This document shows, in pieces, positions 27,977-38,159 of a DNA stretch of 60,499 nt. A model generated the notes under the pieces. That model worked only from the letters and a program-made list of their open reading frames with translations. It was not told the DNA's origin and ran no database searches. Each line of letters starts with the position of its first letter. Position 1 is the first letter of the stretch. The stretch is from contig PWOI01000078.1 of the NCBI GenBank assembly GCA_003557485.1, forward strand, positions 1 to 60,499, in the 5' to 3' direction. Origin of the DNA: Elusimicrobiota bacterium. Its GTDB lineage: Bacteria; CG03; SLGR01; PWQF01. A program made the position numbers and the translations under genes.

Positions 27977-29885
27977 ACATATAAGAAACAAAAGTAACAA
28001 CGAAATTTCGCCTTTTAAGAAAATTGAGGGAGTGCAGCTTGTTGATGAAACGTCAGATGCCGACCGAATAATAATTGAGGCGCGCAACAGAGGTGAATTA
28101 GAGAGCCTCGATGCGCAAAACTATGCAAACCCGCTTCTCTGGTGGAGATCGGAAGACAACCCTCCGCTCTCCGTATCTGAATCCATGGATGTAGTCTTTG
28201 CGCGCAATGCCGGGCAGGTTATCTACCACCTTTTGCAAGGCAGAGAAAAAAAACCCGTACCTGACCTAAATCCTCTTACGGGACTGCCTGCAAACAAGGC
28301 GGTATTCAACGATCTCCGGCAAATATCAAATAAACCCCGAACCGCCGCATGTTATCTGGACCTGACGGATTTTAAACCATATAACGAAGTTTACGGTTTC
28401 ACATCGGGAGACAGGGTTATTGCAGGTTTTGCAGATATGCTTTCGGACTGCCTTGAAAAAATATGCGGCAGCGGCGCCTATTTTCTCGGGCATATAGGAG
28501 GAGACGATTTTTACGCTTCAGCGCCTGTCGATAAAATAGAAGCTCTTTTTGAAAAAATAAACTCCGCCTTTCTTATACTGAGAGAAAGCTTTTATACTCC
28601 GGCAGATAAATCCAGAGGAGAAATAGTAGCTTTCAACAGAAAAGGGGAAAGGGAAAAATTCAGGCTGATGGGCATTTGCGGCGTAGCTTTTTCACCGGCA
28701 TCTGAAAATATTTCTTCTCCCGAAAGAGCTGCCGCCTTTGCCACATACCTCAAAGAAACAGCAAAAAGCCTGCGGGTCTCGGATAATGTTTTCATAACTC
28801 CTTCTCAAATAGATTTTATCCCCGGAGGACTCGTTAAGTTTTCACTCAATACCCGCATTCCCCTTGCCCGAAGGAGAGCTGCAATTGAGGCTATGGGACA
28901 GAGCGGTATGGCGCACTACGGAAGGTCACTTATTCAGATATATGAGCAATCCTGTGAAGTTATGGTAAGAAAAAGCGTTCTCTATTCCTTGGGCCGGCTC
29001 AGGTTTCTCCCGGCCCTTAATCTGATAACCGAGGCACTCAATGACGTTAATCCTCATATAAGAACCCGGGCAGTTGAGGCCCTGGGGAATATAGGGGGCG
29101 CCGGCGAGGTGGAACGAATAGGAGAAATGCTTTCCGACCCTAACCGGTATACGGCAATTATGGCGGCAAAATCACTAGGACATATCGGTCATCCCGATGG
29201 ACTTAAATATTTAAAAAACCTGCCCGAAAACGCCTCACGATGGCTTAAGATGGAGGCTGCCCACTCCAGATGTATACTTAGAGATTATGACGCGCTGGAG
29301 TTGCTTGAAAAAATGCTTAAAGACCTTAACTACATACTCAGAAAAAAAGCCTCTTTGACAATTTCGTTTATAAAGACGCCAAGAGCCCTGGAAATATTAC
29401 TTAAATATTTTTTTCGCGAAAAAAATCCCGATGTGCGAGAATCACAGATTATTTCGGCGCTAAGAATTATCAAAAAGATTGACCCCGGTGAACTTGAGAA
29501 ATTCTCATTTAAACTCTGGAAAATGTACCGAAAAACTCCAGATAAACTAAAAGCAGCTTTTCTTTCGGCAGCAGCGAGAACCGGTTCGAAAAAATTCATA
29601 AAGGAGGCGGAAAAACGAAAAGGATCCCTGTCGGGTGAAGTGAGAAGAGAGGTTACGGGGGCTTTAGCGTTTTCTGGCGATCCTGGACATCGCGAATATG
29701 TTCTAAGCCGCCTTCAGGATGAGTGCGCACCGGCACGGGAAAAGAGTGCCGAGATACTGGGAGAAATGAAAAACCTTTCATGCATTGAAGGACTGAGGCA
29801 GGCCCTCAAGGACAGGAATTCCGGCGTACGCAAGACAGCAGCCCGGTCTATAATAAGGCTTGTAACAGAGAATAATGAACCCTGA
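27966..29885 (+). CDS. GGDEF-family (GGDDF) domain fused to HEAT repeats
   Basis: NPLTGLPAN, DLTDFKPYNEVYGF..GD and GHIGGDDF, followed by repeats of the L.D....R..A..ALG.IG type. Confidence 0.85.
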   Translation: MKIKHIRNKSNNEISPFKKIEGVQLVDETSDADRIIIEARNRGELESLDAQNYANPLLWWRSEDNPPLSVSESMDVVFARNAGQVIYHLLQGREKKPVPDLNPLTGLPANKAVFNDLRQISNKPRTAACYLDLTDFKPYNEVYGFTSGDRVIAGFADMLSDCLEKICGSGAYFLGHIGGDDFYASAPVDKIEALFEKINSAFLILRESFYTPADKSRGEIVAFNRKGEREKFRLMGICGVAFSPASENISSPERAAAFATYLKETAKSLRVSDNVFITPSQIDFIPGGLVKFSLNTRIPLARRRAAIEAMGQSGMAHYGRSLIQIYEQSCEVMVRKSVLYSLGRLRFLPALNLITEALNDVNPHIRTRAVEALGNIGGAGEVERIGEMLSDPNRYTAIMAAKSLGHIGHPDGLKYLKNLPENASRWLKMEAAHSRCILRDYDALELLEKMLKDLNYILRKKASLTISFIKTPRALEILLKYFFREKNPDVRESQIISALRIIKKIDPGELEKFSFKLWKMYRKTPDKLKAAFLSAAARTGSKKFIKEAEKRKGSLSGEVRREVTGALAFSGDPGHREYVLSRLQDECAPAREKSAEILGEMKNLSCIEGLRQALKDRNSGVRKTAARSIIRLVTENNEP

Positions 29886-30393
29886 AAAAACAAAACTGAT
29901 ATGTGGAGTCATTTTTAACAATGAAGTTTCACCGGGGTTAATAAGAAAAACCCTTGAAAAAAAACTCGGCCCCATTGATTTTGAAAGCAGCGTTCTGGAT
30001 TTCACCTATACCGATTATTACACCCCTGAGATGGGGACTCCGCTTAAAAGAATTTTTTACGCATTCCGCAGGCTAAGAAACGCAGACGGCCTTTATAAAA
30101 TAAAGATTAAAACAAATCGCATAGAAAGGATGTTCACCAAAACCGGCAGGCGCAGGGTAAATATTGATCCGGGATATCTTACCCCGGCAAAACTTGTACT
30201 CTTTTCCACTAAAAATTTTAGCCACCGGATATATATGGGTAAATCAATATTCTCAGAACTGACCCTTAGGTACGAAAAAGGAGAATTTACTTCGCTTCCC
30301 TGGACTTTCCCGGATTATTCAACCGCCTCTTACAGCCGTATTCTCCATGCAATAAGGGATCTTTATACGAAACAGGTTAAAAATGGGGATTAA
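29875..30393 (+). CDS. DUF4416 family protein
   Basis: F.YTDYY..EMG, IKIKTNRIE, RRVNIDPGY, L.STKNFSHRIY, LPWTFPDY. Confidence 0.88.
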   Translation: MNPEKTKLICGVIFNNEVSPGLIRKTLEKKLGPIDFESSVLDFTYTDYYTPEMGTPLKRIFYAFRRLRNADGLYKIKIKTNRIERMFTKTGRRRVNIDPGYLTPAKLVLFSTKNFSHRIYMGKSIFSELTLRYEKGEFTSLPWTFPDYSTASYSRILHAIRDLYTKQVKNGD

Positions 30394-32905
30394 AATTGTA
30401 ACAACCCATTCGGGAGCCGATTTTGACGCCCTTGCATCGCTGCTTGCAGCAAGTAAGCTCTACCGAGACGCTTTTGTTTTCCTTCCGGGTTCGCCCGAAA
30501 GGAAAGTCAGGAACTACCTTGAGACAGAAAAATTTCCAGGAAAACTTTGCCAGTTCCGTGAGATAAAAAATAAAACCGTTGACCTTCTTGTAGTCACAGA
30601 CACGCGCCACGCATCCAGAATAGGCAGAATAAAAGAACTCATTGACAAAAACACCCGCATACACCTGTATGACCATCACCCCGAAACAGAGAAGGATATG
30701 AATGGGGAAATAAACGAAAAAAAGAAATACGGGGCAACTACCACCATAATGGTTGAAAAACTTAAACAAGAGGCAATACCGCTGAGCCCTCACGAGGCCA
30801 CTCTGATGACAATGGGGATATATGAGGATACCGGGTGCCTGACTTACCCTATGACAACCCCTGAAGACCTTATGGCTGTATCGTATCTTCTGACCAGGGG
30901 AGCGGACCTGAGCGTTGTCTCTTCGCACGTAATAAATACTTTGACAGAAGAGCAGGTTATGATCCTTAATACCTTCCTTCAGAACAAGGAAATATTTAAA
31001 CATCCGCAGGGAACTATTGCTTTTGTCAGCGCCAGCCCGGAGAAATATGTTGAAGACCTTTCTGTTGCGGTCCAGAAAGCCGCAGAAATACTCAAACCTA
31101 GGGCTATTTTTGCCCTTGTAAAACTTGAAAGTAAAGTTTTATGCGTTATGCGCTCTGACGGCAGGAAGTTTAATGCGGGTAATATACTCAAAAACTTTGG
31201 AGGGGGAGGGCACCGCACAGCGGCCAGCGCAATATTTGAGGATACTTCTATAGCGGATGTAAAAGAGAAAATACTTAAATTTCTGAAGCAGAAAAACATA
31301 GGCAGTGAATTTTCCATATTAAAACCTCCCGTAAAGGTGATTCCCGAAAATGATACGGTACTTGAAGCTTACAGGGCCCTGATACATATGGGTTGGGATT
31401 TTGCGCCAGCAGGCAACGAGGCAGGACTGCTCCGGGGGATAATAGAAAAGGATGACCTTGAAAAAGCTATCAGGCACGGCCTTGCCAACCATCCCGCAAT
31501 AGAGTTTATGCATACCGGAATTGTAACGGTTGACCGCGAAGACAGAAAAGAAATAATGCGGAAATTCGCCGATACAGGCAGCCCATTCGTAATAATAAAA
31601 AAAGACGGGAAGATCAAGTCCTTTGCCGCTAGAAACCGGCCCATTGAGGTAAAGGATAATAAGGCAAAGCAGTCAAACCTCAGAAAAATGCTGGAAAAAC
31701 TTCCGGAAGGTGTTTATAAAATACTTGACGTCTCGGCCGGAATCGCACTACGGGAAGGTATATCAATATACTGCGCCGGCGGAATGGTGCGTGATATTCT
31801 TATGGGAATAGAGCATAAGGATGTCGATATCGTAGCGGAAAAGAACGGCATTGAGTTTGCAAAAAAACTGGGCGCAAAACTCGGGGGAAGGGTTCACTCT
31901 CACAAAAAATTTAACACGGCAGTGATAGACCTTCCGGACAGGAAGATAGATATCGCCACCTTAAGAAAAGAGTACTATACCCTGCCGGCAGCTCTGCCTG
32001 ACATTGAAACAGGAACCCTGCTCCAGGACCTTAAGAGGAGGGATTTTACAATTAACGCTATGGCAATGCAGTTAAGCCCTGAAAAAGATTTTGGCCGCCT
32101 GATAGATTTTTTCGGGGGGAAGAAGGATATAGAAGAGGGGGTTATAAGAATACTATACCCCTTGAGCTTTGTTGAAGACCCCACAAGAATATTCAGGGCA
32201 GTGAGGTTCAGTAAAAGATTCGGATTCAGGATAAGTTCCGAAACTATGAAACAGATAAAAAAGAGTATACATATGGAGATTCATCTCGGCCTTTCCTCTG
32301 ACAGGGTAAAAGAAGAGATACTCAATATAATGAACGAAAACAATCCGCATCGGATATTTAAAACTCTATACAGTTTGGGAGCCCTTGATTATCTGCACAG
32401 AGACATAAAAATAACCCCGGAAATATCATCTCTGCTCAAAAAGCTTTCCGGGACTGCAGATTACATAGCTATGATATCGGTTCTTCTTAAAGAACTTCCG
32501 GAAGAAGAAGGACTCTCTGTGCTGAAAAAATTCAATTTTTCAAAAAAATATATCGAGACTTACCAGCAGCTTAAAAGAAAACTTAAAGAAGCTGAAAAAA
32601 TACTTGAAGTTTCAATAAGTCCCGCGCGCATCTATAAAACCTGCAGCGTTCTCACGGAAAGCGCCCTTGAAATACTCCTCAATTCCGATGATCCCCGGGT
32701 CAGAAAAAATGTGCGGCTTTACAAAAATAAACTAAAGGGGATAAAACCTCTGACAGGAGGAAAAAAACTTATGGAAATGGGGTATAAACCCTCCCCGCTG
32801 CTCTCTGAAATAACCAATACTCTGAAAGCGGCAAAGCTGAACGGAAAAATAAAGACAGCCGGAGAAGAAGAATTATTTATAAAGGAAAACTTCCCTAGGA
32901 GTTGA
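30383..32905 (+). CDS. DHH-DHHA1-CBS-fused tRNA nucleotidyltransferase (A- or CCA-adding)
   Basis: THSGADFD, YDHH, GGGGH..AAS, CBS-like segment, GGMVRD..DVD, DLKRRDFTINA, EDPTRIFRAVRF. Confidence 0.9.
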   Translation: MGIKIVTTHSGADFDALASLLAASKLYRDAFVFLPGSPERKVRNYLETEKFPGKLCQFREIKNKTVDLLVVTDTRHASRIGRIKELIDKNTRIHLYDHHPETEKDMNGEINEKKKYGATTTIMVEKLKQEAIPLSPHEATLMTMGIYEDTGCLTYPMTTPEDLMAVSYLLTRGADLSVVSSHVINTLTEEQVMILNTFLQNKEIFKHPQGTIAFVSASPEKYVEDLSVAVQKAAEILKPRAIFALVKLESKVLCVMRSDGRKFNAGNILKNFGGGGHRTAASAIFEDTSIADVKEKILKFLKQKNIGSEFSILKPPVKVIPENDTVLEAYRALIHMGWDFAPAGNEAGLLRGIIEKDDLEKAIRHGLANHPAIEFMHTGIVTVDREDRKEIMRKFADTGSPFVIIKKDGKIKSFAARNRPIEVKDNKAKQSNLRKMLEKLPEGVYKILDVSAGIALREGISIYCAGGMVRDILMGIEHKDVDIVAEKNGIEFAKKLGAKLGGRVHSHKKFNTAVIDLPDRKIDIATLRKEYYTLPAALPDIETGTLLQDLKRRDFTINAMAMQLSPEKDFGRLIDFFGGKKDIEEGVIRILYPLSFVEDPTRIFRAVRFSKRFGFRISSETMKQIKKSIHMEIHLGLSSDRVKEEILNIMNENNPHRIFKTLYSLGALDYLHRDIKITPEISSLLKKLSGTADYIAMISVLLKELPEEEGLSVLKKFNFSKKYIETYQQLKRKLKEAEKILEVSISPARIYKTCSVLTESALEILLNSDDPRVRKNVRLYKNKLKGIKPLTGGKKLMEMGYKPSPLLSEITNTLKAAKLNGKIKTAGEEELFIKENFPRS

Positions 32906-32936
32906 ATTTTAATGAAAATAAGCTTATGTATATAAA

Positions 32937-34736
32937 ATGAGCAGAAAATTAATCGTATCAGCAATAATCTTTGCCTGCTGCCTCTCCTCTCCTTTAGCAG
33001 CTGCCGGCGAATATGATGCGATAGGATGGCAGTTAGCTGAATCCTCAGCTGCATGGACTGCCAGAAAAGGCCATCAAGTTCTTGTTTTCAATGATGAGCT
33101 CTTTCTTGTAGCCGGGAACGATTCGACAACAAAAAATGATGTCTGGAAATCAACGAATGGTTGGAGTTGGAAAAAAATAGAACAAGATCCTGAAAATCCT
33201 TTCCTTCCAATCCGCAGTGATTTTCAGGCGCTTGAATTCGACAACAGAATATTGATACTCGGCGGTCTTCCTGAACTTAACGATATATGGTCATCAACGG
33301 ACGGATTCAAGTGGACACAGGAAACCTCATCAGCAGCATGGTCTGAGAGAAATAGTTTTCAGGCTGTGGTTTTCAATGATAAAATCTGGATTATGGGCGG
33401 AAGAGAAGGAACAACAAGATTTAATGATATATGGTCATCTACCGATGGCGTTAAATGGAGTTCTGCCACCATTAAAGGTGATTTATGGTCCATGCGTTCA
33501 GGACATCAAACGCTGGTTTTCAATGATAAAATCTGGGTATTAGGTGGCTATGACGGAACCAACAACCTTAATGACTTATGGTATTCATCAGACGGGAAGA
33601 AATGGGAAGAAATAACTCCTTCGCCTGCCTGGCCCGGAAGAGAAGGACATCAGGCACTTGTCTATGATGATAAGATGTGGATTATAGGCGGTAGAGACAA
33701 TGATGGAAACTACTTATCCGATATATGGTACACCAAAAACGGTGTAGCTTGGTCAATGGCATCAAATGGAATATTTCCGGGAAGGACCTATCATCAGGCA
33801 GTTGTTTTCAGGGATGAAATATGGGTTCTTGGAGGAGAAATAGACGGACCGGAATATATAAATGATATATGGATTACAATATACCCGCCCAGAGCTCTGG
33901 GTTTTTCGGGGACCGGAATTACAACAGAGTCTATTGAGTGGACATGGAAAATGCCACTAAGCTGGAGCGAGGACGAACCCAACAGCCCTGAAGACAGCGG
34001 GTATTTTTTTAGAATTACCGGACCCGGTAAAGATTTAGTGATTCCGATGTCTTGGGAAAACTATATATGGTTAACAGAAGGGCTGGATCCACTGACTGAG
34101 TATAAGGTTGACTTACAGTTATATTACAGCACGGGAAGTGTGAGACATTATTTAAAGCCAGTTCCAGCTTTTGCATCTACACTTTCTACCCCACTGACAG
34201 AGCCTGATTTTTTTATTGACCCGAGGGTAAAACCGGTTCCGGGCGCCACCAGGGCCGTTATAAAATGGCAGGCCGTGGCGGGAGTTACGCATTACAGGAT
34301 TGTCAGGGACGGAAATTTAATAGAAGAGCAATATAAGCATTCTAACCCTCCGGAAATAGTTTCCTATACCGATGCAGGGCTGAAACCTTCAACGAACTAC
34401 ACTTATAAAATATTCCCGCTCAATAAAGATATGAACTATGACGAATCATCCCCGCTTAAGATAACGATAATGACAACCTCGGAAAATCATTACAAGCCGT
34501 CACATAAATTCATAACTCCTTCACAGCGCAGCGTCAGTTTCGGAGAAAACGCCAAAGAAGTAATTATAACCGATATCCGAGGACGGACTGTTGCAAGACT
34601 GAAACAGCGGGACCCGTTTATTGAATGGACGCCTGACGATGAGGTCAGGGGCTCTCTGGAGAGCGGTATTTACATATACCAGGTAACGACAAGAGACGGG
34701 GAAACAAAGAACGGAACGATAGTGATAGCAAGATGA
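32937..34736 (+). CDS. Secreted Kelch beta-propeller + FN3-like protein with T9SS-like C-terminal domain
   Basis: Signal peptide; six repeats of the W..R..HQ..VFNDKIW..GG...ND.W.S.DG..W type; YTDAGLKPSTNYTYKI; C-terminal FITP...SGIYIYQV...GTIVIAR. Confidence 0.85.
   Translation: MSRKLIVSAIIFACCLSSPLAAAGEYDAIGWQLAESSAAWTARKGHQVLVFNDELFLVAGNDSTTKNDVWKSTNGWSWKKIEQDPENPFLPIRSDFQALEFDNRILILGGLPELNDIWSSTDGFKWTQETSSAAWSERNSFQAVVFNDKIWIMGGREGTTRFNDIWSSTDGVKWSSATIKGDLWSMRSGHQTLVFNDKIWVLGGYDGTNNLNDLWYSSDGKKWEEITPSPAWPGREGHQALVYDDKMWIIGGRDNDGNYLSDIWYTKNGVAWSMASNGIFPGRTYHQAVVFRDEIWVLGGEIDGPEYINDIWITIYPPRALGFSGTGITTESIEWTWKMPLSWSEDEPNSPEDSGYFFRITGPGKDLVIPMSWENYIWLTEGLDPLTEYKVDLQLYYSTGSVRHYLKPVPAFASTLSTPLTEPDFFIDPRVKPVPGATRAVIKWQAVAGVTHYRIVRDGNLIEEQYKHSNPPEIVSYTDAGLKPSTNYTYKIFPLNKDMNYDESSPLKITIMTTSENHYKPSHKFITPSQRSVSFGENAKEVIITDIRGRTVARLKQRDPFIEWTPDDEVRGSLESGIYIYQVTTRDGETKNGTIVIAR
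33367..33536 (+). repeat. 23-bp exact direct repeat within the Kelch blades
   Basis: TGGTTTTCAATGATAAAATCTGG at 33367-33389 and 33514-33536, 147 bp apart (one blade). Confidence 0.8.
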
Positions 34737-35662
34737 TTAAGTTTAAGAAAACATTTCTTATTTTCTCCTTTTTTATACTCTCCGGAGCTGCAGTTTCGGA
34801 ATCGGCCTTTATCGGACCGCTTCCCGGCAGTAGAGCGGCGGGTAAAGGAGGAGCTTTTGTTGCGGGGGCCGACGATGCTTCAGCTTCAGCCTGGAATCCG
34901 GCCTTACTGGTTTCCGTGAAGAGGACCGAAGCAATGGCGGAATATTACAAGCCTTTTGCAGGCCTTGACGGAGTAAATCTTGCAAACGGCTATGCTTCAC
35001 TTGTTTACCCCGGATGGGATTTCGGAACCGCGGGTGCTTCGTGGAGCTATTTTTACGGGGACGGCTATTATACGGAAAGCGTTTTTATGGTAAGCGGAGC
35101 TCGGACTGTTTACGGAGACCTTGATGCGGGAATTAATTTAAAATACCTCTACAGGGGATACGACTGGGGAGACCTGGAGGATCCGATTGTGAAAAAAGGT
35201 GACGGAGCCGGCGCTTTTACTTTTGACCTCGGAACTTCATACAGACATAATTCCCGCCTGCGCAGCGGCCTTGTCCTGAGAAATTTTCTTTCCGCTGACG
35301 TAGGAGTCCAGAAAACAGATAATGTTCCTTTTGAAGTTTCAGCCGGCCTTGCATGCTATGCCGGTTCAGTAGGGGGGTTCTCCGAGATTATACCCGAAAT
35401 TTCACTTAACTACAGGGACCAGAGCTGGGGAGATGCTGCCGATAAAATTAATTATGCCCTAGGAGTCGAAGGATGGACCGAAGGAAGAGTTTTCGGTCTG
35501 CGATGCGGCATAAACAGCTTTGAAGCGGCTTTGGGAGGCAGCTACCTTGTCAATATTAGGGGAATGCTTGTAAGGTTTGATTATACTGCCCTTTTTCCGT
35601 TTACCGATATAGTCTCCCATGCCGGCCATCACAGGTTTTCTCTTTCAATAAAAAATTTCTGA
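34733..35662 (+). CDS. PorV/PorQ/PorP-like outer-membrane beta-barrel
   Basis: Signal peptide; GSRAAGKGGAFVAGADDASASAWNPAL; RFDY...HRFSLSIKNF ending in Phe. Confidence 0.85.
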   Translation: MIKFKKTFLIFSFFILSGAAVSESAFIGPLPGSRAAGKGGAFVAGADDASASAWNPALLVSVKRTEAMAEYYKPFAGLDGVNLANGYASLVYPGWDFGTAGASWSYFYGDGYYTESVFMVSGARTVYGDLDAGINLKYLYRGYDWGDLEDPIVKKGDGAGAFTFDLGTSYRHNSRLRSGLVLRNFLSADVGVQKTDNVPFEVSAGLACYAGSVGGFSEIIPEISLNYRDQSWGDAADKINYALGVEGWTEGRVFGLRCGINSFEAALGGSYLVNIRGMLVRFDYTALFPFTDIVSHAGHHRFSLSIKNF

Positions 35663-35681
35663 CCCTTCTGTCTGTAAAAAA

Positions 35682-35710
35682 TTGACATTTACATCAAAAA
35701 TCAGTAGATT
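35682..35710 (+). promoter_or_regulatory. Sigma70 promoter, leaderless geometry
   Basis: TTGACA-17bp-TAGATT, 8 nt before ATG 35719; no SD. Confidence 0.65.
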
Positions 35711-35718
35711 TTAACAGT

Positions 35719-36423
35719 ATGCAATACTACAGAATATTATACCAGAGCCTGGTTGTTCCGCTGTCTCTTTTAATGGGGGAGTTTATTCATCTTCTTCCAT
35801 TGTGGATAGTTTTGTTTTTCTTCTCGGTTGTAATGCACGAGATTGCGCACGGTTATGCGGCGCTTAAATGCGGAGACGACACTGCAAGTTTAATGGGTAG
35901 GCTGACGCTTAACCCTATTCCACATATAGATCCGGTCGGGACAATACTTCTTCCTCTTATGCTTATTATATTCAGGGCAGGAATTATTTTCGGATGGGCG
36001 AAACCCGTTCCGATAAACCCTTATAATTTTTACAACTACCGTGATGGAATGATAAAAGTTTCTCTTTCAGGCGTTATGACTAACTTTGCCATTGCAACGC
36101 TGCTGGCTGCTTTTGTTTATATTATTAACATCACCGGACTCCAAAACACTGCAGCCGGTGCAAATATAATAGTTTTGCTGACGGCAACCGCTTCAATTAA
36201 CATAATCCTGGGGGTATTTAACCTTGTTCCCATACCACCCCTGGACGGTTCCAACTTTCTCAGCGTTATACTCCCTGACGATCTGGCCCGGAAATATGAA
36301 AGTATAAAACCGTACGGGTTTTTCATAATTATTTTTCTTTTTATGCTCGGTATTCTGGGCTTTGTAATAATGTTTTTCGGAAACATTATATACCGACTGC
36401 TTTTTATGGGGCTTCCGCTTTAA
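35719..36423 (+). CDS. Site-2 protease, peptidase M50 family
   Basis: HEIAH, GRLTLNP..HID, GWAKPVP, FNLVPIPPLDG. Confidence 0.93.
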   Translation: MQYYRILYQSLVVPLSLLMGEFIHLLPLWIVLFFFSVVMHEIAHGYAALKCGDDTASLMGRLTLNPIPHIDPVGTILLPLMLIIFRAGIIFGWAKPVPINPYNFYNYRDGMIKVSLSGVMTNFAIATLLAAFVYIINITGLQNTAAGANIIVLLTATASINIILGVFNLVPIPPLDGSNFLSVILPDDLARKYESIKPYGFFIIIFLFMLGILGFVIMFFGNIIYRLLFMGLPL

Positions 36424-36424
36424 A

Positions 36425-37417
36425 ATGTCCGAAAGAAAAGTCATACTTAGCGGAATGCGACCAACAGGAAGGCTCCACCTTGGAAATTACCTGGGAGCTC
36501 TTCAGAACTGGGTAAAACTTCAGGACGAGTACCAGTGTTTTTTTGAGATAGCGGACTGGCATGCTCTTATGAGTGATTATAAAAACCCCTCGGACGTGTG
36601 CGAATTCGGCTTTGATATGGCCTGCGTATGGCTTGCCGTAGGGCTTGATCCTGAGCGCTGCGTTATCTTCCGCCAGTCAGATGTCAAAGAGCATCTTGAA
36701 TTATTTTTTATTCTATCTACCATTACGCCTCTCGGCTGGCTGCAGAGATGCCCGACATACAAGGAGGCTCTTGAAAACCTTAAGGAAAGCGAAGAGATAA
36801 GGAATTATTCCTTCCTCGGCTATCCGGCTCTTCAGGCTGCGGATATTGCACTTTACAGGGCTAACTTCGTACCGGTAGGAGTAGACCAGCTCCCCCACCT
36901 TGAGTTTACCAGGGAACTGGTACGGAGATTTAATCATCTCTATAAAACGGATATCATGGTAGAACCGAATGAAATTTTAAATAAGGTTGATAAACTCTCC
37001 GGAACCGATGGACGTAAAATGTCAAAAAGCTACGGAAACACCATATACCTCACGGAAGAAGAAAAAGACATAAAAAAGAAGATAAACTCCATGGTTACAG
37101 ACCCGGCCCGTATTCATCCGACCGATAAGGGTCATCCGCAGGTATGTACCGTTTTCAACTATCAGTCTATCTTTTCAGAGGATGAAAAAGACGAGATTGA
37201 AAAAAAGTGCCTGGAAGGTAAAATAGGCTGTGTTGAATGTAAAAAAATACTCAACGAAAAGCTTTCCGGACTAATCACTCCTATAAGGGAAAAATACAAG
37301 GAATTCAAGAAAAATCCGGAAAAAGTTAACAATATACTTGAAGAAGGCAACCGGCAGGCGGCCGGGCAGGCCTGCAAAAACCTGGCTGCCTTTAAAAAAG
37401 AAATGGGTTATGGCTAA
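36425..37417 (+). CDS. trpS: Tryptophan--tRNA ligase
   Basis: SGMRPTGRLHLGNYLG, VPVGVDQLPH, KMSKS. Confidence 0.97.
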   Translation: MSERKVILSGMRPTGRLHLGNYLGALQNWVKLQDEYQCFFEIADWHALMSDYKNPSDVCEFGFDMACVWLAVGLDPERCVIFRQSDVKEHLELFFILSTITPLGWLQRCPTYKEALENLKESEEIRNYSFLGYPALQAADIALYRANFVPVGVDQLPHLEFTRELVRRFNHLYKTDIMVEPNEILNKVDKLSGTDGRKMSKSYGNTIYLTEEEKDIKKKINSMVTDPARIHPTDKGHPQVCTVFNYQSIFSEDEKDEIEKKCLEGKIGCVECKKILNEKLSGLITPIREKYKEFKKNPEKVNNILEEGNRQAAGQACKNLAAFKKEMGYG

Positions 37418-38159
37418 CCCTCAGCCCAGCAATGACAGTTCCGCCCGTAATGAAATATTTGAAGGGTGGCGCGTAGAACTTGAAACTTTTGAAGGGCCCC
37501 TGGACCTTCTTCTGCATTTAATCAGGAAAAAGAATCTTGACATATACGATATCCCTATAGCCGAAATAACCGAGGAATACCTTAAGTACATCGACCTCAT
37601 ACATCATCTTGATATAGACAGGGCCGGGGAATTTCTTGAAATGGCTTCATACCTGATGAGAATGAAGTCAAAGATGCTTCTTCCTGTAGAAGAAACTGCA
37701 GAGGACGGAGAAGAAACCGCTGAAGAAATGAAAATGCGGCTTATTGAGCGCCTTACCGAGTACAGAAAATTTAAGGAATCAACGGATTTTTTTCAGGCAA
37801 GGGAACAGCAGTTTGACGGTGTAGTCGGCCTTAAACAGTATCCGGTAAACGAGTTCGGACATGAAGTTGAAGCCACACTCTTTGATCTTGTAGATGCATT
37901 TCAAAAGCTTGTTGAAAGGGCTACTACGGAAGTCAAGGACATTATAGCCGAAGAAATATCCGTAGCCGAAAAAATAAGAGATATACTTTCAGCTGTTGAG
38001 AAAGTAAAACGAGTAAAAATTCAGGACCTGGCCGGAGAAAAACCATCTTTAATGGAGCTTATTGCTCTGCTTCTGGGTGTACTTGAACTTGTAAAGTCCT
38101 CACAGGTGAGGGCTATTCAGAAATTCAGGTTCGGTGATATATACATAGAGAAAAGATAA
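37410..38159 (+). CDS. scpA: Segregation and condensation protein A
   Basis: FEGPLDLLLHLI...IYDIPI..IT, KSKMLLP; likely start is ATG 37410, overlapping the trpS stop. Confidence 0.93.
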   Translation: MANPQPSNDSSARNEIFEGWRVELETFEGPLDLLLHLIRKKNLDIYDIPIAEITEEYLKYIDLIHHLDIDRAGEFLEMASYLMRMKSKMLLPVEETAEDGEETAEEMKMRLIERLTEYRKFKESTDFFQAREQQFDGVVGLKQYPVNEFGHEVEATLFDLVDAFQKLVERATTEVKDIIAEEISVAEKIRDILSAVEKVKRVKIQDLAGEKPSLMELIALLLGVLELVKSSQVRAIQKFRFGDIYIEKR

